Assembly (NCBI RefSeq): GCF_964194155.1
Contig: NC_135916.1
Span: 1,364,001-1,428,000, forward strand
Source: Cetorhinus maximus
Taxonomy: Eukaryota
DNA length: 64,000 bases
Direction of reading: 5' to 3'
Shown here: piece by piece, positions 1-14,133 of the stretch
Layout of the letters: each line of letters opens with the position of its first letter
How positions within the stretch are numbered: position 1 is the stretch's first letter
Program-made: the position numbers and the translations under genes
The notes under the pieces: model-generated
What the model saw: the letters and a program-made list of their open reading frames with translations, nothing else
The model's database searches: none
Told to the model about the DNA's origin: nothing

Positions 1-570
1 CCCGCACTGTGCAATAAAACACAGGGATATCCTTACAGCTCCCTATCCGGGATGTGTCCTAGTGCATTCAATGTTTATCTTTTCTTTATTCACATTTGCA
101 GGGTGAGAGTCTGCAATGGAGTGAGCATCGCTCAAAATTCCGCCTCACAACTAAGGCCCATACCTGTTGTTTCTCTAATTCTGTTGGAAGAGATGTTAGG
201 GAATTTCTCAATCCCTTTATTTCATTGTGGAGGGGAGGGGTCGTGGGCGAGTCTAGAGTTGTGTTGGTATAGAATAGGAGAGGGATTGAAATAGACGTAA
301 ACATTTGACGCTTAATAGAATTGCAGTATCGAGGGGGGGATATTACTGAGAGGATTGGATTTAATAAATTCGATTTTCGAGCTAGCTGGTTAATGATGTT
401 GAAGTATTTCAGTTACGTTTAAAGCTCTTTGTTCAATTCTCTTCAGAATTTGATAAATAAATGTATTTCGGGCAGGCAGGAGGAGGAGCTGGTTTACCAG
501 AGACATTGCCCTGTCTGTCACTCAGTCTGTCTCGCCCCGCCTCTCACACTCTCACTCTCTCTCTTCTCTC

Positions 571-606
571 CCTTCCTCAGTCAGGTCGGGGCGGGCTGTA
601 TAAAAG
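571..606 (+). promoter_or_regulatory. H4 core promoter (site II-like TCAGTCAGGTCGG, GC box, TATA)
   Basis: TCAGTCAGGTCGGGGCGGGCTGTATAAAAG at the same distance upstream of all five H4 ATGs (also about 16063, 19237, 26158, 44901). Confidence 0.8.
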
Positions 607-652
607 CGGAACGTGAAGCAGCTCCCCACTCATTCAGCAGTGATTTGACTGA

Positions 653-973
<321 letters not shown>

Positions 974-1006
974 ACAAATCGACCCGACTCTATAACAAAA
1001 CCCAAA

Positions 1007-1048
1007 GGCTCTTCTAAGAGCCGCCCACAACCTCACATTGAGAGCAGT
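1007..1048 (+). terminator. histone 3' stem-loop + HDE (H4)
   Basis: GGCTCT-TCTA-AGAGCC, then GCCCA and purine-rich TTGAGAGCAGT. Confidence 0.93.
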
Positions 1049-1462
1049 GACCTCGGAGAGGGAAAGCGAGGTTTTTGTATTTTGCCATTAGTTCCTTCTC
1101 CTTTCTGAATACAATCATCAGTCACACAAATTTCACTGTTTAATTTGGTTCGGTTTTCATGAATTTACTTCATTTCTTCCTCCCGAGACTAGATTCCAAT
1201 CTTGGCTCCCAAAATAACACCGAGTTCACAAGAAAAAAAATCATCATTTATTGCACTTTGATCAGTAGCAACTATTTTGAGACACATCATTCTCGCTTCT
1301 TCGCTCTGTTTTTACCCTGTCTTTTTTAGCCGCTTCTCTTCCTAGGTCTCTGACGAATGAAAGGACCTGGGAGGTACCAGTAGATGAGCTTTACATGGAT
1401 CAGCCGGTATCGATGCAGCATGTTGCCTGGTTCCAGGGAGCACTGAGCAGAGCTTTATCCTG

Positions 1463-1673
1463 ATAAAAGCAAAAAAACAGCGGATGCTGGAAATCCAAAA
1501 CAAAAACAAAAATACCTGGAAAAACTCAGCAGGTCTGACAGCATCTGCGGAGAGGAACACAGTTAACGTTTCGAGTCCGTATGACTCTTCAACAGAATTA
1601 AGGAAAAATAGAAAAGAAGTGAAAGATAAGCTGGTTTAAGGGGGTGGGACATGTAGAGCTGGATGGAGGGCCA
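1463..1673 (-). mobile_element. Penelope-like element terminal fragment
   Basis: Minus strand GAAACGTTAACTGTGTTCCTCTCCGCAGATGCTG...CCTGCTGAGTTTTTCCAGG; absent from paralogous H4 flanks at about 16910 and 20148. Confidence 0.6.
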
Positions 1674-2330
1674 CTGGCCTGTTTCAGGACGATCAATGAA
1701 AGAATCCGGATATAAACGGGAATGTACGGCAAATATTTAGTGGCCCTTGACGCGAAATACTTTTAAAACAGATGTTGCAGCAAACATGACACAGAATATT
1801 ACCGATTCATTGATTGAAGGATAAAATGCTGTTGATCACGAAGGATCTGCATCCTATACCGTACGGAAGGGTGAAGTGGAATCTCCGCTTTTGGTGCATG
1901 GTCTGGACTGTGAAGATGCATTTACGCACATTGTGGAAGATCTTTCAAATATATAAAGTTAGAAATAAAGATGGTTTACACAAAGTGTCCGCAAGCTCCT
2001 CACCCACAATCGCCTCCCCCAGTCATAAAACACTGGAAACAGGGCCCACACCATTCTCTCTATAACATCTATAGCGATTTGACATGAATAAACCGATACC
2101 GTTGATCAGGTTTATATGTGAAACCCAAAATTCCGGCCATTAATAGGAGTTTTATTCCAGCCTGCTGTAAGCCGATCAGGGAATGAATCCGTGTTCGAAA
2201 GCAGGAAGTCGGTGCAGGGACCGAATTGGGGATCGAAAAGATTGAGAGCTTATTATAATTTTCATTGAGATTGATTTTACCTGCTTTCAAACTAGGTTTA
2301 TTTTAATGTCTGTTACTCGTCCCTCTGAAA

Positions 2331-2953
<623 letters not shown>

Positions 2954-2995
2954 ACTCACCCTACCCGTCACTAGACTTACACCGAGAACCACAAA

Positions 2996-3036
2996 GGCTC
3001 TTTTAAGAGCCACCAAGTCGGTCAGAGAAAGAGCTG
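2996..3036 (+). terminator. histone 3' stem-loop + HDE (H3)
   Basis: GGCTCT-TTTA-AGAGCC ACCAA ... AAAGAGCTG. Confidence 0.95.
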
Positions 3037-3769
3037 CGATCTCTTAACCAAACCGACACTTTAGCCTCTCAGGCCTACAATTTATTTTCCTCACTTTGTC
3101 ACCGGGTAACTGTCCTTTGCTTCCTTTACTGGCTGTTTCGGATGATTTGAGATCATTTAAAAGGCAATTATTTTAATAAAAAGAGAACTTTTTCGCGAAT
3201 TCTGGAGACTGGATATAAATAGTTGCAGCACGTACTACTGATGTCCGCAACATGTAACAGTGCTAGCAGGATGCGTCTCACTCTAACCCACCCTTTCACA
3301 GATATCAGAAATGTTGTCATTACGAAGCGATAGGGATGTTCACACAAGCACAAAAACCCGGATTCAGCTCCAAATGCACCAAAGAGCCACCGAGTCGGTC
3401 AGAGAAAGAGCTGCGATCTCTTGTTAAACAATCTAGCTCCTAAAACACTCGGGCCTACAATTTGTTTAAGTCCTTTTGTTCATCCGGTCTCTCCCTCTGC
3501 TGCATTTGGGGATATGGGGTGATTCCATTTATAGTTCTTTAGCTATTTGACGTCATTGAATTAGAAATGAAATGAATTAATTATTCAATGAATGTTTCCC
3601 TGAACATTGGCAATTGGTCATTTATAGATGCAGCACAGACTCCTCATGTCTGGAAAAGGCAACAGCACCAGCATCTCGTTGTAACCAGCGCTTTCACAGA
3701 TCGCATTAGAAATATAATGTCATTCCGAATCGATAGGGATGTTATCGCGCATCCGGATAGACAACAGGT

Positions 3770-3810
3770 CGCCCCTTTCACTGATTAAGTGAGTGGCTCT
3801 GAAAAGAGCC
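3770..3810 (-). terminator. histone 3' stem-loop + HDE (H2A)
   Basis: Minus strand GGCTCT-TTTC-AGAGCC ACTCA ... GAAAGGGGCG. Confidence 0.93.
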
Positions 3811-3840
3811 TTTGGGTTCTCAGTTTAAAGAATGGTCGCT

Positions 3841-4284
<444 letters not shown>

Positions 4285-4289
4285 TCAGT

Positions 4290-4445
4290 TCCCTTATACC
4301 CTCAGGAGGAATGGTGGTGCGCTCAGAGCTGATTGGGCAATTATATTATAGCTCATAATATTCTTCATGTTACCAATCAGATTTCTGCCTGACTCACCAA
4401 TGCGGGCAAGCAACGTATGAAGTCGGAAGTTAAGGGCGCCAAATC
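4290..4445 (-). promoter_or_regulatory. H2A promoter
   Basis: TATAAG on minus strand at about 4293-4298, CCAAT boxes on both strands, E2F-like TTTGGCGCC; repeated before all three H2A genes. Confidence 0.65.
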
Positions 4446-5369
4446 ATCAGTTAAACAAACGATTATATATTTCAAACTGGAAAAGACAGACAAAAAATTA
4501 ATCAAAGGAAATATCGCACAGAAATAGTCTTAGCTAAACAAAGGATAATTCCTTTACAAATCGTTCTAATGCTTAACATTAAAGCAGTTCTGTTACAGAA
4601 TGTTAGAAGGTTTCTCGCTCTCTTTTCCTCGATAACAGTTTACCCGAAACTGTCAGTTTCTGGTTTTGCCTGTGGACAAGAGGACAATAAAGGCGCCAAT
4701 TTTCCAGAATCAAAACTTTTGTTTTATACAAGTTCGTGAGTGTCAAAAGCGGAGTGCACATTTTTTGGCTTAAATCTGCCAGTATTGAAACTGAGGCATC
4801 CTACACCGCCAGGGCTGATACGGAATGAATTGATCAAATCAACTTTTATAATGCTGGGGAGGGATAGCATCTTTGAGGGATCAAAGATAGACTCTGCTTG
4901 ATTACCTTTATGCAACAAGGCAGGGTCTATTCTGAAGCAGCAAACATACGTTGTATTCCAAACCAACAATAAAAACGAAAATCCTCTGCAGGCTCCGTGA
5001 TTCTGGGATTAAGCCTAATCTTCATTATCCGTTACTTAAATGTAGTTTTCACTCACGGACAATCTATGGTCAATAATATTAAGCTTTTCTTTTGAAATTG
5101 AAATCACCGATATATGTTTCTGTTTTTGTTTTTGTCTCTGTAACATTCAGATTTAAGTCAGTTTGGATTTTATCTGGTGCATGTCAATCCCTGGAGAAAA
5201 TTTTATATTTCATTCGACATCTAATGCTACCAACATAAGATTATGCTTCTATTCTCCTTTTAATCCCCACATTATCTGTTAAACCCTGCTATGGGTGCAT
5301 GGAATATCTGTCTGTTCATGATAGATAAAATGTGAACTTTAATCTGAAATGTATATTTTTCCAAAAAAA

Positions 5370-6357
5370 ATAAAGCAGGGTAAAAAACAGGGAATTACAG
5401 ACTGATTAGTCTACCCTCAGTGGTAGACTTAATACTAGAGTCAACTATGTGATAATAAGAGACTTAGAAAATGTCAAATATATTGGACAAAGATTGCATG
5501 CATTTATGAAAGGAAAATCATGTTTGACAAACCTATTGTAGCTTTTTTTGGGAATTAAATTGCAAAGTAGATAGGGGAAAACCAGATGATGTGGTCTATT
5601 TAGATTTTCAGAAAGCTTTTGTTAAATGGCCACTTAACTGGTTTGTGTACCAAACTGAAGTGCATGGGATGGCGGTTTGGATTGGCATGTACAGTGAAAG
5701 GATTAGTAACAGGATAAAGAGAGCAGGAATAAATCAGTCTTTTTGAGAATGGCAGAAGTTGACAAGTGGTGCGCCACAGGGATCAGTGCTTGGGTCCCAG
5801 TATTCAGAATAGACAAGAATGATTGTGATGAAGGAAGCAAAGGTAATATTTCCAAGGTTGCTGATGACACAAAGCTTTGAGGGAATGTGAGAGATGAGGA
5901 GGAAGTTAAGAGTGCCCAAGGAGATTTAGATAATTTGAGTGAGTGGGAAAAAACATGGCAGATGGAATATAATGTGAGTAGGTGTGAATTCATCCACTTG
6001 GGTACGAAAAACAGAATGGCAGAGTATTATCTACATAGAGATACGTTGGGAAATGTTGATATATGAAGAGACCAGTGTGCAGCACATGATCACCAGGCTG
6101 ATTCATGGGCTGGCAGGGTTGTCACATGAGGGGGGAATGGGCCGATTCGGACTGTATACACTCAATGATTGTAGAATGAGAGGGGATGTATTTGAAATAT
6201 ATGAAATAGTGACAGCGCTGGTCAGGCTGGGTGCAGGGATGATGTTTCCTCTGGCTGAGAGGCCTAGCACATGTATTCACAATCTCAGGATCCATTGTCG
6301 TCCATTTTGGGCTGTGTTGAGCAGAACGTTCTTCACTCAGAGGGTGGTGAACATGTG
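5370..6357 (+). mobile_element. decayed CR1 LINE reverse transcriptase fragment
   Basis: Broken MKGKSCLTNL, DVVYLDFQKAF, GAPQGSVLGP, ADDT and RTFFTQRVVN motifs. Confidence 0.9.
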
Positions 6358-9184
6358 ATTGATTTGCATTCATTTTGTAACCTCCAGTATCTTGTATTAT
6401 ATGTGAATGTATATATTTTTCCCTCCGTGTATCAGTCAGTATCTAAGACGTTTGCAAGAGTGGAATTAACTCTATCTTTAATATTTTAACGTGCTATCTC
6501 CAAAAGTGAGATTTCATTTAAATCTCTCCATATCTGGAACTAGATGTGAAGTTCAAATTGATATTCATATAGTCAACTGCTACAAGTATGTTTTCCTTGT
6601 GTGTCAATCGGTGATATATTGCCTGACTGTGGATTTGGCCCTGTAGCATTCGGATTTTTCTCATTGTTATGTTCTCAGTGTATGTTTGTGGTTTTATCCC
6701 TGTATTTCATTCACTGGTACTTTGCATCAGATGGGGATAGTTCATTGCTTCTCAGCATCTAGTATAATCTGTGAGTTTGGCCATGGTTCTATAATTGTCA
6801 GTCTCTCAAACTGAATGTGAGTGTGTAATAAATCAGTCTTTAATACCAACTAGCTGACAATGAGTGTGTGATTCATTCAGCTGAACTGTGCACCTGGTTT
6901 GTATGGGAATGTGTCACTCTCTGCATCTCTCTCAGTGCCCTTTACAGTGCATGATTTGGGGATTAATTTGAACACGACAGTTTCCAATAGGCGATGTGAT
7001 TGTGCGGTTATTTCTGTATTTTTATGGTTTCAGCTATTCTATTTGAATGAGATCTTTTCTGCCTCATTCAGATTCAGGTAGTGTAGTGAGTGTGGGATTT
7101 ATTATAAAGCTTTCAGACTTGGAAATTTGGGTGATTAACATCTGCATCATGGATTTTTCCTCCCCTGGCGCAATGTGTGTGGAGATAATTATGTAGTTGC
7201 CGTTCTCTGGTGTGCTTTGAATTTATTTTTGTTAATATAGCTGTATTTGGTCTGTGTTTGAACGTGTGAGTAATTTTGCACCTGAGAATTCTGCCCATCT
7301 AAGTAGGTATATTGTTCAATCTGTTTCTGTTTTTCAACACTGTTGCAGGTAAGTGTGAGATAAGACTATATCTGGACTTTTATTGTAACGTGTTGGAATA
7401 TATTTTTATGAAACCCTCAACATAGCAGTATTTGTTAACCTTTGGTTTAACCTATAACATTGGCTTCATGTGTTTTGTAGTCACAGGTTATATTCAATAG
7501 TTGCCTGGGATTGCCATTTGATTTTTAGCTCTGTGAAAACAATTGTGAATATTACAGCTCCTTTAATCAGATACACAGCCTCATATGTAATTTGTGCATT
7601 TTGTATAAAGCGATTGCTGTTGAATCTATACTGATGCCAGCATTTTTGGTGTGAAATATATAGATATGTCTAAATTCTAAGGGGCTGTGCTGCAATTTAT
7701 TCAGTCCCTTCCAATCAGTTATTTCTTGCCTAATGATGCTCAGAATAATTAATTAATTTCTGACCAACGCAACACAATATAATTAAATCTGATATTTGGT
7801 GTGTTTTCTGTGAACATTTTGATTGATGTATGCTCCTCTCATCTAGGTTACATGGAAATAAAAACAAGCAACAGCAAAAAAATCAGACTGCTCAGTTTGT
7901 ATCTTGCATTGAAAAGTTGTCTCTTCCCTTTGAAACAGTATGGGAATGAACAATTAATTGGTTGTGACTGTGGACATAATGACCTGGAAGTTTCTCTGCT
8001 CTCAGTGAAAGATGCTGTACCTACCTTGTGTTGCAGTTGGCTCACTTTTTAACCTTGGTCATTTTGTGACTTTTGAAGTTGTCACTATTATCGACCTTTG
8101 TCACTAACATCATCATGCACCAGGAATAACCATAGCACAGCTTGTGAGCTAAGATTTGTTTGTCTCTTTTCATGTTGTACCTTTCAACCATTATTCATTC
8201 CTGATATTTCGACTGCAGATTGATTTATTAATTTGGAGGCCTGTACTATTATTTCATTAATTTTTCCATGTAGAAATATGAAGGTGAGTTTCACTTTTGG
8301 AACACATGGATGAAAATAGTATTTTGCCATTTTTATTTGAACAGTGATATCCTTCTTTGCTGGACCACTCCTCTGATTGCATTGACAATCACTGGGATGC
8401 ATTTAAGTAGTTTATTCTGTATCTATTGATTTCTGAGATGCAAAGGTGAAAGCTTTGTAACGGTTAATTTTTAAGTCTCATTACAATGTAAATGTCGAAT
8501 TTAGTTTTGTCTGATTTTTCTCATAAATATTTAAATGCCAGGTTTGTTGTCCTCTAAGGCTGTGTTTCCGTCTCCATCTGCCAGTTTTTTTTATGAGTGT
8601 GAGTTTTAAACTGTCGGGTGTGCTTTCACATATGTGAGTATGAATTCCGTTTCTTAATCTGCTGCTGTATTTATCAGTTTCTGGGATTCTTAATGTGACT
8701 GCGACTCAGTACCTGTCAGGTTCTGGTAAGTGATTGCTGGTGTTAGAATGTCCATGTGAATGTCCAGTTGTTTTACTTTCTAGCACTTCCTTACTTGCTA
8801 TTGAGCATTTTTTCCTCACTCTCTCCATTAGTTTGTGGCATGTGAATGTGAGTACTATTTTGTATCTGTCAATAACTGCATTGTGAGCATGGGTCATAAT
8901 TGCAATTGACAGTTTTAGGTACGTGTCTGGAATGCAAATGTGAATTTTACACTGCAGTTCACACTTTTGAATGTCTGAACTTGTGTTTGAGATTACTTCA
9001 CTGAGCCTGACAATGTAACTATGATTATCTCGTAATATTCTCAGTACATTTCCTATGAGTATAGCCTACATTCTTTATCTATTAGTGTCTTAGAAGCAAA
9101 TGTAAGACTTATTCAAAATCTCTGAGTATTACAGAATTGTCATTGTGCGATTGATGATGTGTCTGTGCATGCCTGCTTTTATCT

Positions 9185-9250
9185 GTGTTTGTGTGTGTGT
9201 GAGAGACAGAGAGAGAGCACGTCTGAAGATGTGTGTGTGTGTGTGTGTGT
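9185..9250. repeat. (TG)n/(GA)n microsatellite
   Basis: Dinucleotide runs. Confidence 0.85.
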
Positions 9251-9859
9251 TCACGGTGTGTTTTTGTGTTTACGCTCATTCTGTCTCTCTAATGTGTTTA
9301 TGGACTTATCTTTTTATTTGTCATTGTTCAGTATAGAAATATGCATGTTGATTGGTACTCATAATTATCTGGCATGATGGCATGGATTCATTCTGTACAT
9401 GTCCAATTCTTACCTTATCATTTATGACAGACTTGGCGTGTAAGCAGTAACTGTGAGGTTTGGTGTATGTAAGTTTGCATTTTATCAGTAGCTGACCTTT
9501 TCAGATATGAGAGTGTGGTATTCAATCTACCCACTCATTTTCAGTTTTTGTTGTGAGCATGTCTTTTACTTTGTTAAAGTGAACATGTAGTTTCTGAGAC
9601 TCTGCATTTACAGTGAATGTGTTGTATGAATGAGGATTTTAATCTGTACCTATTTGATTCGGTTCCTTGTTTTATTTTCGTTGCTCAAAATCTCTGGTTT
9701 ACAAGTGATATGTTCCATTCTGCTTGTGTCAATTTTTGAAGAACTGAACAATAGTTTTGCTGAGAATCTGTTGATTTTTTGTGTCTGAATATGGGATTTC
9801 CTTTGTACATGTCAGATTTTAGCATGAAGGAATGTTTATCAACTGCAACTAAGCAAAGC

Positions 9860-10085
9860 CAAAATATTCTCAGCTGGATGTTGGAAACCTCAAAAAAAGG
9901 GAAGAAAATTGCTGGGAATACTGACCAGGATTGTCCACATCTGTGGAGAAAAAGCTGAACTGCCCGTTATCTGAAATTCCTGATGTGATGGAAGGTCATT
10001 TGCCTGCAATGATCACTCTCAATCTTTCTCAACAGTTGTTGCCTTCCCTGCTGAATATTTCCAGCATTGTTAGTGTTTTTTGCCT
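9860..10085. mobile_element. palindromic Penelope-derived element
   Basis: Inverted arms GCTGGGAATACTGACCAGG / CCTGCTGAATATTTCCAGC; same family as 1463-1673. Confidence 0.55.
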
Positions 10086-10933
10086 TCCCCCTGTCTGTGT
10101 TAATTCCCAGCTGGTAAATATCACTCTGCAACTGACAGAGTCTGATAATTACGTTTCACATTTATTCTGTCAGAATCTCCAAGTGCATTTTACTCTGTGA
10201 CTCTCATTTATGTGTGTGTCTGTGTCATTGTCGATTCTGTCAAACAAAAATATTTATGAATGATGGCCACATTTCAGTTTTCCATTTAGTATGAAAGCAT
10301 GAACCTATTTTCCATGTCCCTCTCGGTTTATGGAACGGGGTGATTTGTTTTGATCAGCAACTTAAAATTTTTAATTCATATTCATGTGTGTTTTTACAGT
10401 AGCCATCAAGATCAGCGATGTGTGTAGCCATGCTTCTCCTGTTTTGAAAAGACTTATAGAAAATTTGATTTGTTTCTGCATCTCTATGTCCCTGGTATGT
10501 GCCTGTGGTTTTACAATGTAATTGTTTGTCTCTGTTATGGGAATCCGGGATAGTTCTGTTTTGGCAGATTCTGCTCTGAGAGTGGTTTTATATTATTCTC
10601 TGTACTTTTCAATATCTGCTTTGTGAGTTAAGTTTTAACCATTTTTTATTTGTAGTGATCTGTGGAAGTGAGTATTTATGACAATATTCCTCTGGCATGT
10701 CTATGCACGCCTCCATTAACAAAAATATACTCTATCTTTATTTCTGATATTGAATAAGATTTTTGGAATGGAATTTAACTTGTTGCTTTGCGAGAACTTT
10801 GCATGTATTCATGAATAATTCTGCAAACATTAATTGTCTGATATTTAAGTTGTAGCTAATGATCTACTCTTGTGACCTGAATGGACTGCCCTTCAATCTG
10901 ATAATGGTTGCGATTTTGGACTGAAATTGGTGG

Positions 10934-11426
10934 TGTTGTACTTTCTTCTAAGAATCGACCACAGTGACACAGATACAGGTTTAGGACTGTTTATTAAAGG
11001 GGACAGAGGGAGGATCTGATCCCTTTGATTGTCTATAAACAGAACTCTACTGATTGCAGGATAACATTCTTTTTTAAACACTAAACCGTTCACGTACACA
11101 TTACACTATTCTAATTCCAATCTTGGCAGTACATAATGACATGACAATCAGATGTCACCAGCCCGAGGAACATACCTTTGCTTTCGCAAGCAGGGCCTCT
11201 TCATCTCGTTCTAGCCTGGCTCTATCCCTGATACTTTTTGTCATCACACTGATGTGTTTACCTTCATCCCCCTTCTATCTCCTAACCAGTTAATCCCTTA
11301 TGATCCCGAAGGTCTTCCTAGAGAGAGCTGCTGATACCGGCCCTTATGGTTTACAAGGTTTCACTGGAGAATTTTGCTGACCTTTGGTTTCACTAAAAAC
11401 ATAGAAATCGCTGCTTACCTCTTACA
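10934..11426 (-). mobile_element. solo LTR
   Basis: TG...CA termini, 4-bp GTGG target-site duplication, minus-strand AATAAA near 10990; paralogous sites at about 40357 and 60071 are empty. Confidence 0.8.
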
Positions 11427-11622
11427 GTGGGTCTACCATTCAGCAGTACCGAGTAGTAGTGTTTTGTGGGGATTATAATTCAGTCTCCCCTGTGTGTTAG
11501 CCTACTGGATTGATCATGTGCATCAGGGTTTGAGTTCAATTCGAGTCTGACTATTTCTGCTCTGGGTGATGGTCACAGTGATGTTCTGTCTGTATCTGTG
11601 CACTCTTGGACCAGGATCGTAC

Positions 11623-12600
11623 CTGCTGCCAGTTAGAAGGAGATAGCTGCACCTCTATGTTGGCTGGTGGAACTTGAGCTTGAAACTGATCCCTTCATTA
11701 ACCTGCCAGAGAGGAAGAAAGATATCTCCAGTAACTCAAAATCAGCTGAGGTCAGGAAAAGGCAATAGATCAATGTAATATTTCAACTGATAATCAATAT
11801 CAAAAACACTGTACATATCATGGCGGACAACGAAAAAACTACAGTGTCTGATTCCACTTCTAATTATTGAGAGACATTCAGAAACAACCCGCATCTGTAC
11901 GGCTCCAAGGGTGTCACTACGCGGGCCCAGAGATATTGGTGCAGGACAGATTTCTATTTCCAGCTCCCTTTGTAAGAACCGCCAACTGAATCTAACTGTG
12001 GAAGGTACAATGTTTCTTTGAGACGCCTCAGCTGAACAGCTGGTGCCTGCAACACGTGTCGTTAACATTACTGCTCCACTCCTTACTCTCTGCCTGTTTC
12101 CACTATTCACTGTCCAAAAGCCAACAAGTTGTGTGAATCAGCAGCTAAACTTGGAATATGCATTACAGGGTTGAGGAGAGAAAAAGAAAATAATAGTTTT
12201 CAATTGCAGCTTGCTCAGGTTCTGTCTCCCTCAGCAGGGCCACACACAGCCCCAGAAAGGCCTCTCCCCGTCCACCCGCTCACTCCAAGTTCTGGAACAC
12301 GTTCCCGCTCCGCTCCGCCTCTTACAAACAGCCCCCGGTTCTCCCTGAACTTACCCCGAGTCAATGATGATTTCTGTGCCCACACTGACAAATCGATGCG
12401 CTGCTGGAATCAGAACGCTGTTTACTCGCTTACCCGGGCCCCAGTATTTCCATTTCCGTCTGTTTGAAACAAAGGTCTTCCGCTCAGTGAGTAAAAGGCC
12501 GTCAAGGGCAGTGGTTGGGGGTGGAAGGGAAGCGCGCATGCGCTCGTCTTGTCACCGAGAAATTCCAGAACGCAGGGCTGCAATGCGCATGTGCTTTTGG
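11623..12600 (-). ncRNA. putative spliced non-coding transcript (5' exons) from an NRF1 promoter
   Basis: NRF1 sites; donors GTAAGC (12433) and GTAAGT (12354); exon 11702-11623 with pyrimidine-CAG acceptor and CAG|GTACGA donor. Confidence 0.4.
12534..12594. promoter_or_regulatory. paired NRF1-type sites
   Basis: GCGCATGCGC 12534-12543 and TGCGCATGTGC 12584-12594. Confidence 0.65.
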
Positions 12601-13401
12601 AAACTAACTCCGAACAAACCAGGTCACCTGGTCCTTCCCCAAGTCAATTTCCTCAGGCTTGAGCATAGGAATTGCAATGTGGGAAAAGGCAGAGACGTTA
12701 CGAGCGGGAGGGCCATCCCTGTATTAAATCCAAACTGGGCGTCTTTGCTGATCATTCCAGGATTCCGCAAATTAATCCTCATGTCGAATAGGTGTGTTTG
12801 CTGTTATAGCTCAGAACTTAATATCAGATCGTAAAAGTCTCAAGTTAATATAATCAGATTGAAAATGTCAGTCACTGACTGTCGTATTCAACAATTTTAG
12901 TCGAAGTTTTCCCGGGAGTTCCAGAGTTTATAGAATGTTACATTTCATTATTATTGCCTCAACATCTGTCACTTTCCTGGACTGTGGGACAGAAATGTCT
13001 CTGCCTCTCGTCCAATGTTAGTGAGAGATGAGACCAGGCATCTCTCACCGCTGGTGGGATCTATAAGTGCCGGTCTTATTGATCAGCTCCAGAATATTGG
13101 GTGCTCCAATAAGGATAACTCTCAGTCTTCTAAGATCCAATGATTATAAATTCAACGTGTTCAAGATTTCCTAACCAGTCAACAAGATAATCGCAGGAAG
13201 CTGCTCATGAACATTCCCTGAACTGTACCAAGGGATCGATATTATCCTTTTGTTCTAGCGGATGTTTGAGACACAATTATGAATTGTGATATGTATATAT
13301 TCTGTTGAAATAGTGACAGTGTGTCTTGTTTTCCCTCGATGATGGGTATGAGGGTCACTCATTGTTATATTGTCACACGGTAGAGAAATAGAGGCTAATT
13401 G

Positions 13402-13468
13402 CTCTCTCTCTCTCTCTCTCTCTCCCACACAATCACACACACTTACACACAGAATCACACACACACAC
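13402..13468. repeat. (CT)n/(CA)n microsatellite
   Basis: Dinucleotide runs. Confidence 0.8.
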
Positions 13469-14133
13469 TTGAACCCGCTCTTTGTCCCCCAACCCTCGAA
13501 TTCTGTTGATGTGCATGTTACTAATGTTGTTGATAGGACAATGTCAACTAACACTCACACTCCATCCATGTGATGTGTAGGACTGTCACTGTTCATTCTC
13601 CTCTCAGAAATTCAGGTCTGATATTTCATCAGATTATCGCTAGTCAAAAATCGAAATGTGCTCTGAGAAAATCTGTCACTGTCAGTAACGTGACGAGGCA
13701 GAACGTGCCTCCATTCATAACTGGACGTTGAGATTGGGGTTAAATGCAATTGGTGAAATTGTGGCTTCTCAGTTCAGGAGGACCAACGTTAAAAGGGAAA
13801 TCTAGAGCGACTGGGAGCAGATAATTTGTATTGTCACCAGAAATAAACATCTTGATGTGAGCTATTCAGACAATTACCTGAAATCATATATAATTGGCTC
13901 TACCCCAGATTCTGCAAATCAGACTCTCTGCGGGTCCAATGCCTCAGAGAGTTTAATGTTCGCTGAATTCACAATAGACAGCAAATAAATAGAAATCGGA
14001 GCAAAGATCGAAAAGAGAAGGAAATCTCTACCGAGACATTCACAATTGTTCATCTTGTTACCAATGAACCTCTAAATGTGAACATTGTGTAAGAGAGTGT
14101 TTGAAGTGGGCGGGCGAGTCAGAGGAATGAAAC

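Larger units (their letters stand above)
6400..10930. repeat. highly decayed ~41-bp tandem array
   Basis: Recurrent TTTTAYTCTGTAYCTGTCAG...GGTATGTGAGTGTG-like units, e.g. 10469-10640 in 40-42 bp steps. Confidence 0.65.

Noticed and set aside
12358-12392. ATGATGA...CTGA resembling box C/D snoRNA motifs (3 copies)
   Set aside because: Boxes are only about 15 nt apart with no closing terminal stem; too short for a snoRNA.
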